DNA of 64,000 nucleotides from Dimorphilus gyrociliatus (lineage: Eukaryota; Animalia; Annelida). Shown in pieces: positions 34,538 through 47,175 of this stretch (within the stretch, counting starts at the first letter, position 1; each line of letters starts with the position of its first letter). Both the position numbers and the translations under genes were made by a program. The stretch is from NCBI GenBank assembly GCA_904063045.1, contig CAJFCJ010000004.1, positions 308,195 to 372,194 on the forward strand, written 5' to 3'. Below the pieces are notes generated by a model. The model was given only the letters and a program-made list of their open reading frames with translations. It ran no database searches and was not told the DNA's origin.

Positions 34538-34978
34538 AATAATAAAAACATTTAACCAATAGTTTTACAGATGATTTTTTTTCCAACTGTTTTTCATTTA
34601 TCTATTTTTGTTTATTATTCAAAAATCTGAAAAAAAGAACAAAAAGCTGCGAAGTATGACAATAAAACTGAATTTTTTTAAAAGAAAAAACAATTCTTTC
34701 ATTTATACTTTTCTTTATTAGCATATCAATTATCATTATCAAGTTTAAGTATATAGATATATTTGCAAACTTTTTGGCACGGATGACAAAATAAACGTTG
34801 TTTGAAAAGTGGTAAATTGTTTAAGTTTGACACTAATATCCGTATGAAAGCAATTGCCAATCCTGACTGCAAACTATAGGATATATGCTATTAATTTACA
34901 AGTCTTTGGCAAAATGAACTAGGCCTATTGTATCTAAGCAATACCAACGAGTTTTTTTTTGATCAATAGTCATTCAGT

Positions 34979-36176
34979 ATGGAAAAGGGATTATATACGA
35001 ATATTAACATTTCCGAATTTTCTGAACATGAAGATGAAGTTACTTGTGTTGCCTTTTCAACAGATTTCCATATCTTTCTAACAGGATCGGACGATACTAA
35101 CGTTAGGATCTTCAACGCAGCAACAAAAAAGCTAGTCACTCTGTTAAGTGGTCATACTTCTTGGATAAAAAGTGTCGCCGTTTCACCAGATTCTAAATAC
35201 ATAGCTAGTTGTTCACAGGACTCAACCGCCATTATATGGAGGACTAGAGATGCTAGCTTATTATATACTCTAGAAGGCCATCGAAAAAGCGTCGAAAGTG
35301 TTACGTTTTCATCAAATTCAGCCTTATTAGCCACAACATCTTTTGATAGATCTGCAATGATATGGAAGGTAGCGATTCCTATCTTTCTTCTTTCATATAG
35401 CATGTAATCAGTCAATAATTAAGTAATTTCTAAAAATTTCTTGTATATTTATTCTAAAAGGCTTGGAGAAATAATTCAATTGAAAATTGTAGGCCTGAGG
35501 TATATAATACTCCTCCTTAGGTGGTAGAGTAAATAAAGTAAGAAGCTTCGTAGCTATCAAGAGCTCCACTTGATTGGAAAATCACTTTTATACTAGAATA
35601 AGTGTATATAAACAAATTTATAGTATATATTAAATATGTCATGAATTTTATAATAAATTATAAAAGGTTCAAGATGGAGGTTTAATGAAAATTCTCGAAG
35701 GTCATGAAGGAGCTGTTAAGACATCGTCATTTAGTTATGAAGATACCTGGTTAGCGACTGCCTGCACAGATGGTGTTGTTAGATTGTGGACGCTAAAGAA
35801 GAATCGAAAGGAAGAAGATGGCTCGTTAAAGCTTTTAAAAGGTCATACTAAAACCGTATCAGCTCTTGCGTTCTCAAGAGAAGGTATGCTAGCATCAGGT
35901 TCATGGGATAATACAGTGAAATTATGGAATCCGAGAACTGGTTCATTAATAAGAAGTATTGAAGGCCATCAAACCTGGGTAGAAACCGTAGGTTTTTCAC
36001 TCGATAGTTTAAAACTTATTTCCGCGTCAAAAGATTCAGTAGTGAAAGTATGGGATATTCTCGAAGATAAATGCGACGAGACGTTAGAAAATGATGGTGT
36101 AGAAATACAATTTTGTGGATTTACTCCAAAAAATACTGTTGTTGTTGCTGGTTCAAAAGTTCAGAAAGCAAACTAA
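34979..36176 (+). CDS. WDR38: Seven-blade WD40 protein, WDR38-like
   Basis: Two exons (intron about 35369-35666) encode seven GH...WD-type repeats. GMLASGSWDNTVKLWNP and GHQTWV match the WDR38 pattern as I recall it. Confidence 0.72.
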
Positions 36177-36476
36177 GTTCAATTGGTTGGCTTTTTTAGA
36201 AAATTTACTTACTGATTTTAATAAAATAAAGTGGCCAAGTACAAAGTGATAAATTAGGAAGAAATTAGAAAAATGCTCATAGCACCGATAGATGAAGTAA
36301 ATCTATTATCTAAGCATTATTTATAGTTTTTATTCTACTAAATAAATATAAATTTATTATTGCAATCTTGATAATAAAAAAAATATTCCTGTCATATTTA
36401 ATCCTTTGAAATGACTCAATAAAAGTTACATACAAGGATAATATAAGAAGGGATTGAGAACAAACTAATTTGCTTA

Positions 36477-39400
36477 TCATACAAGATAAGCATCGGAAAT
36501 TTCTTCCTGAGACATTCTTGAATCCAACCTACCCCAGTCTGAATAGCCGTAAGACGAGTACAAACTTAGATGGTTCCTTGTTTCTTCAGATAGACTTTGA
36601 TTTTCTAAATCTTTGAGATTCTTTTCAAGTTTTGTTTTCAAATAGGAAAATTTTGGCCTATCTACTGGTAATTCATTCCAACATGCCAGTATAACATTCC
36701 ATATTTGTTCTGGACAATATTGTGGTCTGCTTAATCTCCTTTTATTCTGAAGGAAGCCTATTATATCCCAGTTTTGTACTGTTTCATATGGTACAGCTCC
36801 TCTTGTAAATAATTCCCACACAACTACACCAAATGACCACACATCGCTTTCAAGTGTAAATCGTCCTTTTTGTAAAGCTTCTGGAGCCATCCATCGAACA
36901 GGAAGTGCTTTCTTTTGCTGACTATAGTAGGCAGTGTAGGCGCAGACTTCTCGACTTAATCCAAAGTCGCTAACTTTTATTGTCAAGTCAAGATCTAACA
37001 TACAATTTCTGGCGGCAAGGTCGCGGTGAACAAAGTTGATAGAACTTAAATAAGTCATTCCATCGGCAATACCGATAGCAAAATCTAGAATATTCTTAAC
37101 GCATAGATCATTTATTGGATCCCTTAAAAAAGTTAATAAATCCCCTTTAGCCATGAAAGGAAGTACCAAATTCGGTTGTAAACTTAATGAAACTCCAATC
37201 AATGATAAAACGTTCTTATGATGAAAGTTTTTCATTCTTAGAGCTTCCTCCAGAAATTCTGTTGTTCTCTTTATGCGCAAGTTATCCGGTAGAACTTCTT
37301 CCTCCATCTCTGTTAAAGTTTTAACCGCCACTGGAATTTCTTCACCGTCTTTTACAAGTATCCCTTTGCGAACAGTTCCGAAATGTCCTTGACCAAGAAC
37401 GTCTAAAAGTATGAGATTTTTTTCGGGTAATAGCATATTAGAATTCTTAAAAACTTCGTATTGAGAAAGTGGCTTTCGAAGAAAACTTTTTCCATCTTGG
37501 TTAAGAGTTTGAACTGAGCCAATCATCTCTATTAATTAAAAGAGAACAAGTTACAATGGCGGGCAAAAGAATCATTAATCTTACCTATATATTCATCTGA
37601 TGGAACTTTAGTAAAATCGCAATCATCTTTCGATTTTAATTTTCTCCTCTTATTATCCTTCTTCTTCTTAACTATAAAAACAATTGTACCAGCACAGATA
37701 GCAAAACCAAGAATTCCAACGATAATATATAATAGAATTTTCCATCTTTCCTTATAAAATATAAGTTGTGTTTCCTTCGATGAAAATAATTGGCTCTCAT
37801 CGCCAATTTGTAAAAGTATTGGAACGTCTGAAGTAACATTTGGATAGGTGCAAATCATTTCAGTTAGGGCGATATAAACATTTTGGCATATTCTTCCGTC
37901 AATAGAGATTCTTATACTATCTTTATAGGACATAGGTAATTCTGAATTGTCGAATGAGAAGACAATTTTGTTATCTTTAAATTGTGGCTTCTTAAATTTT
38001 GGAAATGTTTGATAAGTAATCTTTAAGCTATCTTTAATAATCAAATTAATGGGAATCTCTTTTACGTAGATAACAGCGTCAGTTTCATCAGTTACATCTA
38101 ATTTAGAGTTAAAACATTCAATTGAGGTACCATCCAAAGATGCTTTTTCACATATCGATATTAACTTTTGATCATTCACAGATGTAATTAAACTTATATT
38201 ATCACCTAAATAGTTAAGATTATTCCCCAAAAGTTGAAAAGGAAAGACAATATTTGACGCTGTTATATTCGGTTTTACTCCAAAAATAACTGGCTCTTTT
38301 ACGTACGAAAATCCATCTTTTCTATTGACTAAACCATCATCAACAATTAATTTAACATTACACTTGGTTATCGCCTTAATTGGAGGAATTTTACATGTTA
38401 ACATCTCATTGTTAATCATTTGTATTTTACATTCCTCATCGCATATTTGTATCCGTCTATCGCTTCCCTGAATATTGGTCTCTATTTGAATATTCTTATC
38501 ATTTGAATGAGCAATTGAAGAAGCATTTGGCTTGATAGAGATAATGTCCAATCTCTAATTGGGAATAAAAGAACGGAACATTGAGCACACAATATTTTTT
38601 TAGCTAAACTTATCTAAATTTACCTTGTATTGGAACTTTTCATGATATTTTGCAGAACCGGAAACGAGAGAGGATGGATTATCGTCTCCTTCGTTTAGAC
38701 TTAAAAGAATTTGACCGGCAAATGGAGAAGGCGTTTTAGGAGTTTTACAATTAATCGTTCTTCTATTTACACTAACGACCTTACAAGGCACATCTCCAAT
38801 AAAAATTTTAATATCATGAGTATCATGCTTCGAAGTGAAGGAACCTTTCAATGTTAAAATTGTACCTCCACTTATAGGACCATCCAAAGGTGAAACCTAC
38901 ATAATAAAGAATTAATAATACACATTTTCGTTAAATAGCTAGAAACTGACCTCATTTATTACTGGTTGGCAAGTTTGACTACTCCACTGCCCATTTGTAC
39001 ATGATTTTTCCGTACTGCATCTTGTTCCACACCAACCGCATATAGGGTCGCTAAGACAGTTTTGACAACTGTTTCTATTTGTTTCGGTATTACAAGAGGT
39101 AGTCTTAAAACGCATAAGTCTTCCAAAGCCAGATGATGAATCGCTCTCGGCGACAAATGCAAATTTCTGACTACTATCGATGATAATACCGGAAAAATAA
39201 GGTTGCAATGTAGATGTTTCAGCCATGCTACTCATCATTAAGGCTGTACCGTAAGCTTTTTTCCTAAAATCACAAAGAATCCTATAAATTTCTCCCTCAA
39301 TTGTTACAACTATAGCTAAAGTCTTCAATTCATAATTATAAGAAGCAACTATTGGAGGAAATCTTGAAGTGATTTGAGTTTGAGATTTTCCTATCTTCAT

Positions 39401-40572
39401 GGGTAAGATTTCAGTATCAAGTTTCTTCGGCCCAACTCCACCATTCGCCTTATGTCCGCAAAAGCTAGATCTCTGCTCATAAATATCACTAAGGATTTTT
39501 TGTTGATCCATAGTACTTTGACAAGTTTCATAATCAACACCGACTAACCAATAAGGCCTAGTGGATAATACTCCATTCCTATAGCAATTTGATTGAACAT
39601 TTGTCATCTTTTCTCGAATTTCCTCCATCCGAAAAGCGCATATCGAATATGATTTCAATACTACTGGATTACTAAATCGTTTAAATTCAGTCATTGTTAG
39701 GAAGATAGCTTTCTCGTCTTCACTAGCAACTTTACCAAAAAACGCCGAAACTGCTTTATTATAGACAACGTTACTAGTTGTTGTTGGCGTTGAGATTTTT
39801 CCGCTACAGGTGACAATAATTTCCGTATATCCTGCAATTCCCATATTTTGACACCAGCGGACAACTTTAGTGAAAACTTCACCGTTATTGTCAGTAACTA
39901 CTATTACGAAAAACATTTGTCCTTTATATTCATAACTGGTAATCACATCAATTTCAGGGAAAGATTTAGAGAGATTAGTATCAGTTTTCAATTGAATTGA
40001 TGATATTTGAGAAAAATGTCCATCTTTTAATTCAAGATAACTTAAATAAGGAAGAGAAAGACTTTTGGTACTCTCTAATGATTTCATCACAACTATTTTG
40101 TTATCTATTCATAAATATATAAGATTATTATTAAAATAATTGATATTCAAAACATCTTACCTTCTTCACTCTCTGTAATGATTTGAGTTGATTTCTTGCC
40201 AGATAATATTTGCCAGCGATCTCTCTTCTTATCCGACAAGTGTTGTAAGAGATTTAGAGAAAAATCATAGAATGAACACAATCCGCATCTCTGGGTTGTA
40301 CAGACTAGTAATCGGTTATTAAAGAGTTCTAATACTTGAACTTTCTTCTCATTAGAACATTCAGACTCTTCAGTTAATCGAACAGATTCTTCTATTGTCA
40401 AGTTGAAATATAACTTGTACAATTTGCTTCCAGCTCCAACGAATATCCTATTATCGTACTCAACGAAATTTTGAATAGGTTCAGGTAACTGAGAATGAAT
40501 AACATCCGTAGTTAAAGCAATCGGTAAGATGACGATAAGTAGAACAATTGAAGAATTTATCTTCCCCATCAT
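36477..40572 (-). CDS. MET: MET/RON-family receptor tyrosine kinase (signal peptide, Sema, PSI, IPT repeats, TM, kinase)
   Basis: PSI CQNCLSDPICGWC; IPT GPISGGTILTLKG; TM ILLYIIVGILGFAICAGTIVFIV; kinase GQGHFGTV, VAVK, HRDLAARN, DFG and LPVRWMAPE...WELFTRGAVPY. Family-level call, not one-to-one orthology. Confidence 0.85.
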
Positions 40573-41547
40573 CTTTCTTATATTTTAGATACTTCTAATA
40601 AATCTTAGTTAGGGGAGATAAGACGTATATTTCTATATTTTTCTCCTCTCTTTAGCTATACTTTAGCAGTCTACAGATAAGAACGAACCGAACAAAGCTT
40701 ATCTTAAACGGTTAAACATTTATAGTACTAGCTGATCACCAACGAGATGAATAACCAACGTGAAATCGTCAATAATTATAATAATTCATAATTTTCGTTC
40801 TAAATTGTTACCAGACAAAAATTATCAAGTTTCGATCATCGTTCCGGCCTGTCCTTTCTGAATAACACTTGTTTATGAATAGGGTATATTCCGACTCTTG
40901 GGCCTAGCATGCGGAAGCTTATAGGCCTAGAGGCATATTATAGAGAGTGAATAACTGTTTAATATCAAGTGAAATGATATGAAAAAATATATAAAAGTAG
41001 TAAAAAATTTTTTTAAAAATTCATAAAAATAGGAATTTCAAGTTGTTTTCGTTAATTGTAGGCCTACTGTTTTTAGAACAAAGAAATAAAAGGCAAAGTT
41101 CAATTTTTACAGGGTTATATTTCCTATTATGTTTAAGATTGAGGAATATGAACAAATCTCTTTCCCTTGTTTCCCTTTTTCCTTCATAAAAATAACTAAA
41201 AAATTATTTTATAGGCCGATAAAATGGAAAAAGTTTTTTCTAAGCCTCTTTTTCAACCCTACCGATTCACAATAGTATTTCTATTCAATGAACTATCTAT
41301 AGGAGAGGGTCTAAAAAGGGTCATACTTTTATTACAATTGCTATAGTTGAACTTTTCAACTAGGGGATACTTTCGATCTAGTTATGAACTCTAAAACTTC
41401 TGATTATGAATATAATAATCCATATTTTCATCATCGTTACGACCACATGGTAATGATCTATCTTATAGAAAATGAAGAAAGTTTATTATTATCTTTACCA
41501 TTAGTTTTTTTCATTGTCTTCGCTATATTTACTTTTTCAACTAGATC

Positions 41548-43830
41548 ATGAGAAACTCTTTGGATCTTCAATCGTGGCCGACTACTGAAAAACTACAAGA
41601 GAACGGAGATGGTCAAGCATCTTTAGAAGAAAAGCAGGATAAGTCGAATGAATTACCAGAACAAAAATCGTAAAATCTATCATGATGTTAGTCCTGCATC
41701 TGATTTTTATTACTTTTTCTCTTCCTCTCTAAGGCATGAAAAAGATATTCGTTTAGGTGACATTTTTGCTTCATTTGCGAATCATACCTCCATGCATGCT
41801 ATTCCATATATATTACGAGCTAAAACATTAGTTGCTAGAGTGCTTTGGGTAAGAATTTTTTACGTTTTCTAACCCATCCTTTTTGTACGTTATTAATCTT
41901 TCTCTTTTCCATAGACTGTTGTATTTCTAGCAGGATCAGGAGTTATGATTTGGCATTTAGTAACTCTAACACAGAAATATCTAGACTATAATATAAATTC
42001 CAGGCTTACCATTAAATATGAAAATCTTATCATTCCTAGCGTCACGGTTTGCAATAACAATCCTTTTAGAAATTCTTTGCTAACCGAGGATAACGTTCCA
42101 AGAGATTTTTTAATGTTCGTTGAAAGTAGAAAATATGATACCAGTTATCAAACAGACAAAGGCAATAATAAGAGCAAGAGGAGAAAGAAGAGAGAAATTC
42201 CCATTCAGCGTAATCTTCATGAAAGAAAGCCTCCTAGAACATCGCAGACATACCAAGATAGAATATATCAAGATTCTATTATTGCGACCCGCAATATTCC
42301 AAAAACTTCCCCCTCTGTATCCCTTTTGGATGAGATTGGTGACAATGGAGGAAAAGCTAATGAAACAACCAAACTTCCATCATTTACAACAAAATCATCA
42401 ACTATCTCAGATGATACTCATTCTTCACAAATAAATTCATCAAATGATACAACAAATAATCATTATAATTCCAACTTTTCTACGGAAACTGTTACTTTTG
42501 AAGTAACAACTAATAAGGTTATATATGACCTATTAAGAAATAAATTTTTCTTATTTATTTTATATCAATTGTAGGCAACGACCGCTGAAAACTATACAGA
42601 CGTTTACAATCCTTCTATTATTTCTCTGGAACAATTCACTGAAAATGATAAAAGTTTCTTTGGAAGTGGAAATATCTCCGAAGCGTATAGAAGAGAGGAA
42701 GAATATGCTTCAAACCTAAGAAATCTAACAGTTAAACAAAGAATAACTATTGGTCATGATATTAAGTCTTTGGTGGTTGATTGTTCAGTAAATGGTATTG
42801 AATGTTCAGAGAAGTATGACTTTATTTAAATAAATATCATTTAAATATATTAATTAGATTTTGTTTCTTTGAAAATAGAAATTTTTCCAGTCATCTTTCA
42901 AAATCGTTTGGAAATTGTTTTACATTTAATGATTTCAAATCAGGACAACCTCCACTACAAATTCGTGGAAGTGGTACGACTTATGGTCTTAATCTTCTCA
43001 TTTATATTGAGAGAAATGAATATGTTGAAGGATTGCATAAAGGCGAAGGAGCTACCTTTGATATTCATCCATTTGGAACCAAATCGAATGTCCTTGACCA
43101 TGGACAATCTCTAAATCCTGGGATGGAAGCTTACGTTTCAATACAGATGAAAGAGTTAACAAGGTATAAAGGCCATAGTCATTCATGTTTTAAAAAGGAC
43201 AATTACAAGGATCTTGGTTATAAATATACACAGACAACCTGTAATTCAATTTGTTTAGATCAATTGATAGCTGAAAAATGTAACTGTTATAGACCCGAGA
43301 ATATTGAAAATTACAACTATGAACAGACGACCAAACCTAGCTGTGCTTTTGATTATAATCTTGAAAATTGTCAAAAACAATTAAAGAAGAAGGTTCTAAA
43401 CGGAGCTTTGAACTGTTCTTGCGAAGCGGCGTGCCATTCTATAGATTATGATTTGGAATTATCTTCCAGTAATTTTCCACCAGTTGGTCTATGGTATGAA
43501 CTTGTAAATAAAGTTTGTCAAAGAAATCCTATAGGGTGTGAGTATTTAAAAAAAGAGGGTAAGGATATCAGTAAAAGAGAGAAGATATTAAGGGAGAATT
43601 TCATTCGACTTCGATTATATTTTAAGGATCTTAATAATCAATTTATAGAAGAGAATCTGGAATACGACACCTCTCAATTTCTATCAGATTTTGGTGGACT
43701 TATAGGATTGTGGATTGGAATGAGCGTCATTACTATAATAGAAATTGGTGATTTGCTAATGGCATTAATAACTTTCACTGTAGCTTCTTTAAAGAGAGAT
43801 AACTATTTATGGAGAAGATCCTCCAATTAA
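41548..43830 (+). CDS. DEG/ENaC-family cation channel (FaNaC/ASIC-related)
   Basis: Pre-M1 FANHTSMHAIP, post-M1 PSVTVCNNNPFR, GNCFTFN, Cys-rich thumb and TM2 FLSDFGGLIGLWIGMSVITIIE. Start inferred at 41548; four short introns. Confidence 0.92.
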
Positions 43831-43976
43831 TGACTAATGTGCACCTAATTAATATTCATACTTTTTAACTGATCAGTAAATATTAGTTTGATTAATAATT
43901 TGTTAAATTTAGAGAATTCACTAAACAATTATTTTTCAAGAAACAAATACTGATTGATAACAATATTCGTAAAACT

Positions 43977-45664
43977 TCAAAAAAATGATTGTAATCCTGT
44001 TATCGCTCGACCAAGGATGAGGGCGTGAATATCATGTGTTCCCTCGTATGTGTTGACAGATTCAAGATTCATAACATGACGAATTACGTGATATTCATCA
44101 GCAATTCCATTGCCTCCTAACATATCCCTAGCCTGTCTTGCTATGTCAAGTGACTTTCCACAAGAATTCCTCTTTATTAAGCTAATCATGTCTGGTGCAG
44201 CTCTGGAAAAGAAGTAATATAAGAGGAGATATTCATTTGCGTCTACTCTATATGAACACCTACTTTCCCTGATCCTTAAGTCTTCCAACTCTCAAGCATC
44301 CTTGCAATCCCAAAGAAATTTCAGTAAGCATATCAGCCAATTTCTTTTGTATTAACTGATTGGCTGCCAAAGGCCGGTCAAATTGTATTCTATTTAAGAG
44401 TAGTGTATGATCAGCATAAACTATCGAATAAATAAATAAATAAAACAATCACCTATCAAGCGTGTATTGTCTTGCAGTTTCATAGCAAAATTCAGCGGCA
44501 CCAAGTGCTCCCCAAGCAATTCCGTATCTAGCATTGTTTAAACATCCAAATGGTCCCTAAATGAAGTTAAAGTCAATGAAACTCATCTCTACACATTTAA
44601 GTGTTAAACTTTTTTTACTTACAGCTAAACCTCTAACTTTTGGCAGAAGATTTGCCTCAGGAATTCTAACATCTTCCATAATTATTTGTCCTGTTTCACT
44701 TGCTCTTAAAGAGAATTTACCCTCAAGTTTTGGGGTAGTTAATCCTTTCATTGATCTGTCAAGAATGAAACCTTTAATATCTCCTCCATGCTCTTCTGAT
44801 TTAGCCCAAATAATGAATACATCAGCAACGGGAGAATTAGTAATCCTTAGTGAAGAATAGCAAGAAAACGAAATAAGAGATATAGCTTTTTAAAATTTGA
44901 CTAAATACCATGTTTTAGATCCATTTAATATAAATTCTTTAGTTTTAGAATCGTATTTAGCTCTTGTTTCCATTCCACCAGGATTACTTCCATGATTGGG
45001 TTCAGTTAATCCAAAAGCACCAATTAATTCACCTCTTGCTGTAAATATTATACAGTACATTACAGTTAAAAAACCTTCTTCCTTATTTACCTAATTTAGC
45101 AAGATATTTTTCTTTTTGTTCTTCTGTGCCATAAGCATTTATAGGATGCATAACAAGTGATGATTGAACACTCATTGCTGAACGATATCCACTATCAACT
45201 CTATTTTATCAGAGAAAGTGTTAATTCTCCATTGAAATGCTAAGTGAAAAGATGTACCTTTCAACTTCTCTAGCTAATAATCCGTAGGCAACATATGATA
45301 CTCCTGCGCATCCGTATCCCTTAATTGTACATCCCAGAGTACCCATTTCACCCATTTCTTTCATAATTCCTTTATCAAATTCTAAAAGAAAGAGAAAATA
45401 AGACTTGAAAGTATTGACATATCTAACGGTGAACTCACTCTCATGTCTGTTTGCTTCGAGTATCCTTGGCATGAGCTGTTCTTGACAGTAACCTTTGAAT
45501 TGATCTCTAATTAATATTTCATCTTCTTCTAATTGTCCATCAATATTTAAAGCATCTTTATAATTCAAAGTTAATTTTTCAGATCGAGCAGAAGTTACAG
45601 AAAAGGAACGATTTAAAATTGGGAGAAAAGAAGAGTTTATTCTTAAAGATTTTGCTAAATTCAT
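43977..45664 (-). CDS. GCDH: Glutaryl-CoA dehydrogenase, mitochondrial
   Basis: Presequence followed by [23 protein letters not shown]; [14 protein letters not shown]; WITNSPVAD; [10 protein letters not shown]; [40 protein letters not shown]. Confidence 0.97.
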
Positions 45665-45911
45665 TGTTAAGAGAGTGATTTACGTTCAAAGTGCGCAAAG
45701 ACAAACTGTAAAAAAATATTTAAATTGTTAACATTGAAATATCAAATCATATTTTATTACTAAAATACCAGAAAAAAATTTCAATTCAATTCTTCGAAGC
45801 AAATCGGTAATCTACTAATGGCGTAATATATCAGTCAAGTGTCCTCGCTGAATGTGAAGGACTATTTCGCTCACATAGTAAAGTAAAACTGGTAAACTGA
45901 ACGCAGGATAA

Positions 45912-45945
45912 TAGCGGGCAAAATTCGAAAATTATTTGCCCGCTA
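45912..45945. repeat. Perfect 11-bp GC-rich inverted repeat with a 12-nt spacer
   Basis: TAGCGGGCAAA (45912-45922) and TTTGCCCGCTA (45935-45945). Confidence 0.85.
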
Positions 45946-46118
45946 AAATAGCTGGTACAATAACTCAGATTATTTTATTTGTTCAAAACGAAAAAAAACT
46001 TTATAAATTTATAAATATATAATATATACATACAGTTAATTAAATGAGTTCGTATCGAAAGTATAGTTTACTCAGCTGAGAATAGATACTATAAAGTTAG
46101 ACAACGTACTACAACGTA

Positions 46119-46784
46119 CTATTTGTTGAATTCGTCTATTACCAAATCTTCGTCATTATTACTACTTGCTGTTGCTTCATCGTCGTCATCGTCCTGGCTA
46201 AAAATATCATCTGGAATATATTCTAAAAGAGTTAGTTTATCGTCATTGCTTTTGCTATTTAATTTTTCTTCCACGTGCCGCTTCACAGCTTCGCTAACAC
46301 CTTTTGTTGGAGATTTCGGTAGAGAGTTTCGTTTTACAGTAGGAACTGAATTACTAATGGTAGACGCAAGTAAACTTGTTGACGGATTTAATAAACTATT
46401 CGAACTGGAAATAGAACTCATCGAAGGTAAGGTAAATGTACTCTTTTTTGATGATTTCTCTTCATCCCTTTCATCTTCCGAGCTGTCCGTTTCGTTAGAA
46501 GAATCATCCGATACTTTTATAAAGTTTGATAATTGATCTAATATGAAAGCATTATCCCGTTCTATTTCTAATAATTCTGTTTCTGCATTTGTAAGAGATT
46601 GCTCAAAAAACACTTGTTCTTCTACCACATGCTTTAGTGTTTTTCTTAATTTCTTATATCGTCCTTTATATTCGTTTAACGATTTATTGGCATCTGACAA
46701 CTGAGAAGAATTTTTAGAAGTTTTTGGACGACCACGCTTTGCCGGTGCAGGTGTTATAGTGGATTGCGAAGCTCGCTTATTCAT
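46119..46784 (-). CDS. INO80E: INO80 complex subunit E-like (CCDC95), intronless CDS
   Basis: YKGRYKKLRKTLK.....FEQSL...LLEIERDNAFILDQL coiled coil followed by an acidic/Ser tract; C-terminal DEDLVID motif as in INO80E. Confidence 0.75.
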   Translation of the reverse strand: MNKRASQSTITPAPAKRGRPKTSKNSSQLSDANKSLNEYKGRYKKLRKTLKHVVEEQVFFEQSLTNAETELLEIERDNAFILDQLSNFIKVSDDSSNETDSSEDERDEEKSSKKSTFTLPSMSSISSSNSLLNPSTSLLASTISNSVPTVKRNSLPKSPTKGVSEAVKRHVEEKLNSKSNDDKLTLLEYIPDDIFSQDDDDDEATASSNNDEDLVIDEFNK

Positions 46785-47175
46785 ACTGCTTTATTTCGAC
46801 AAGGACCTGCATTAATTTATTGAGTGATAATAAGAGAATAGTTCGAAATGTATATAAAAATAGACGCTGAATACATGAAAGATGAAAAATGTATTTGATT
46901 TTGTTTGCAATAAAGAATTTATATACAAACCGAATAAACTCAGTAAAGCAGTTTAGATTATAAATAAATTCACGAGAACAGTATTATTTTGATCCGGATC
47001 CAAAACTCACAAACTACATCCGGCCGGACTATTTCGTCAACATTGGAAAATAAAGCGCGTTGAAGAGAGCAAGAAAAACTACTAATCTTCTTTATTTATT
47101 GGAATTACGAGTTAAGAAGTCCATTTAAGATATGAAAATTATCACAAAACAACAAAACTATATTGTTCAACATAA

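Noticed and set aside
46991-47000. GATCCGGATC palindrome upstream of INO80E
   Set aside because: A single short copy with no other support.
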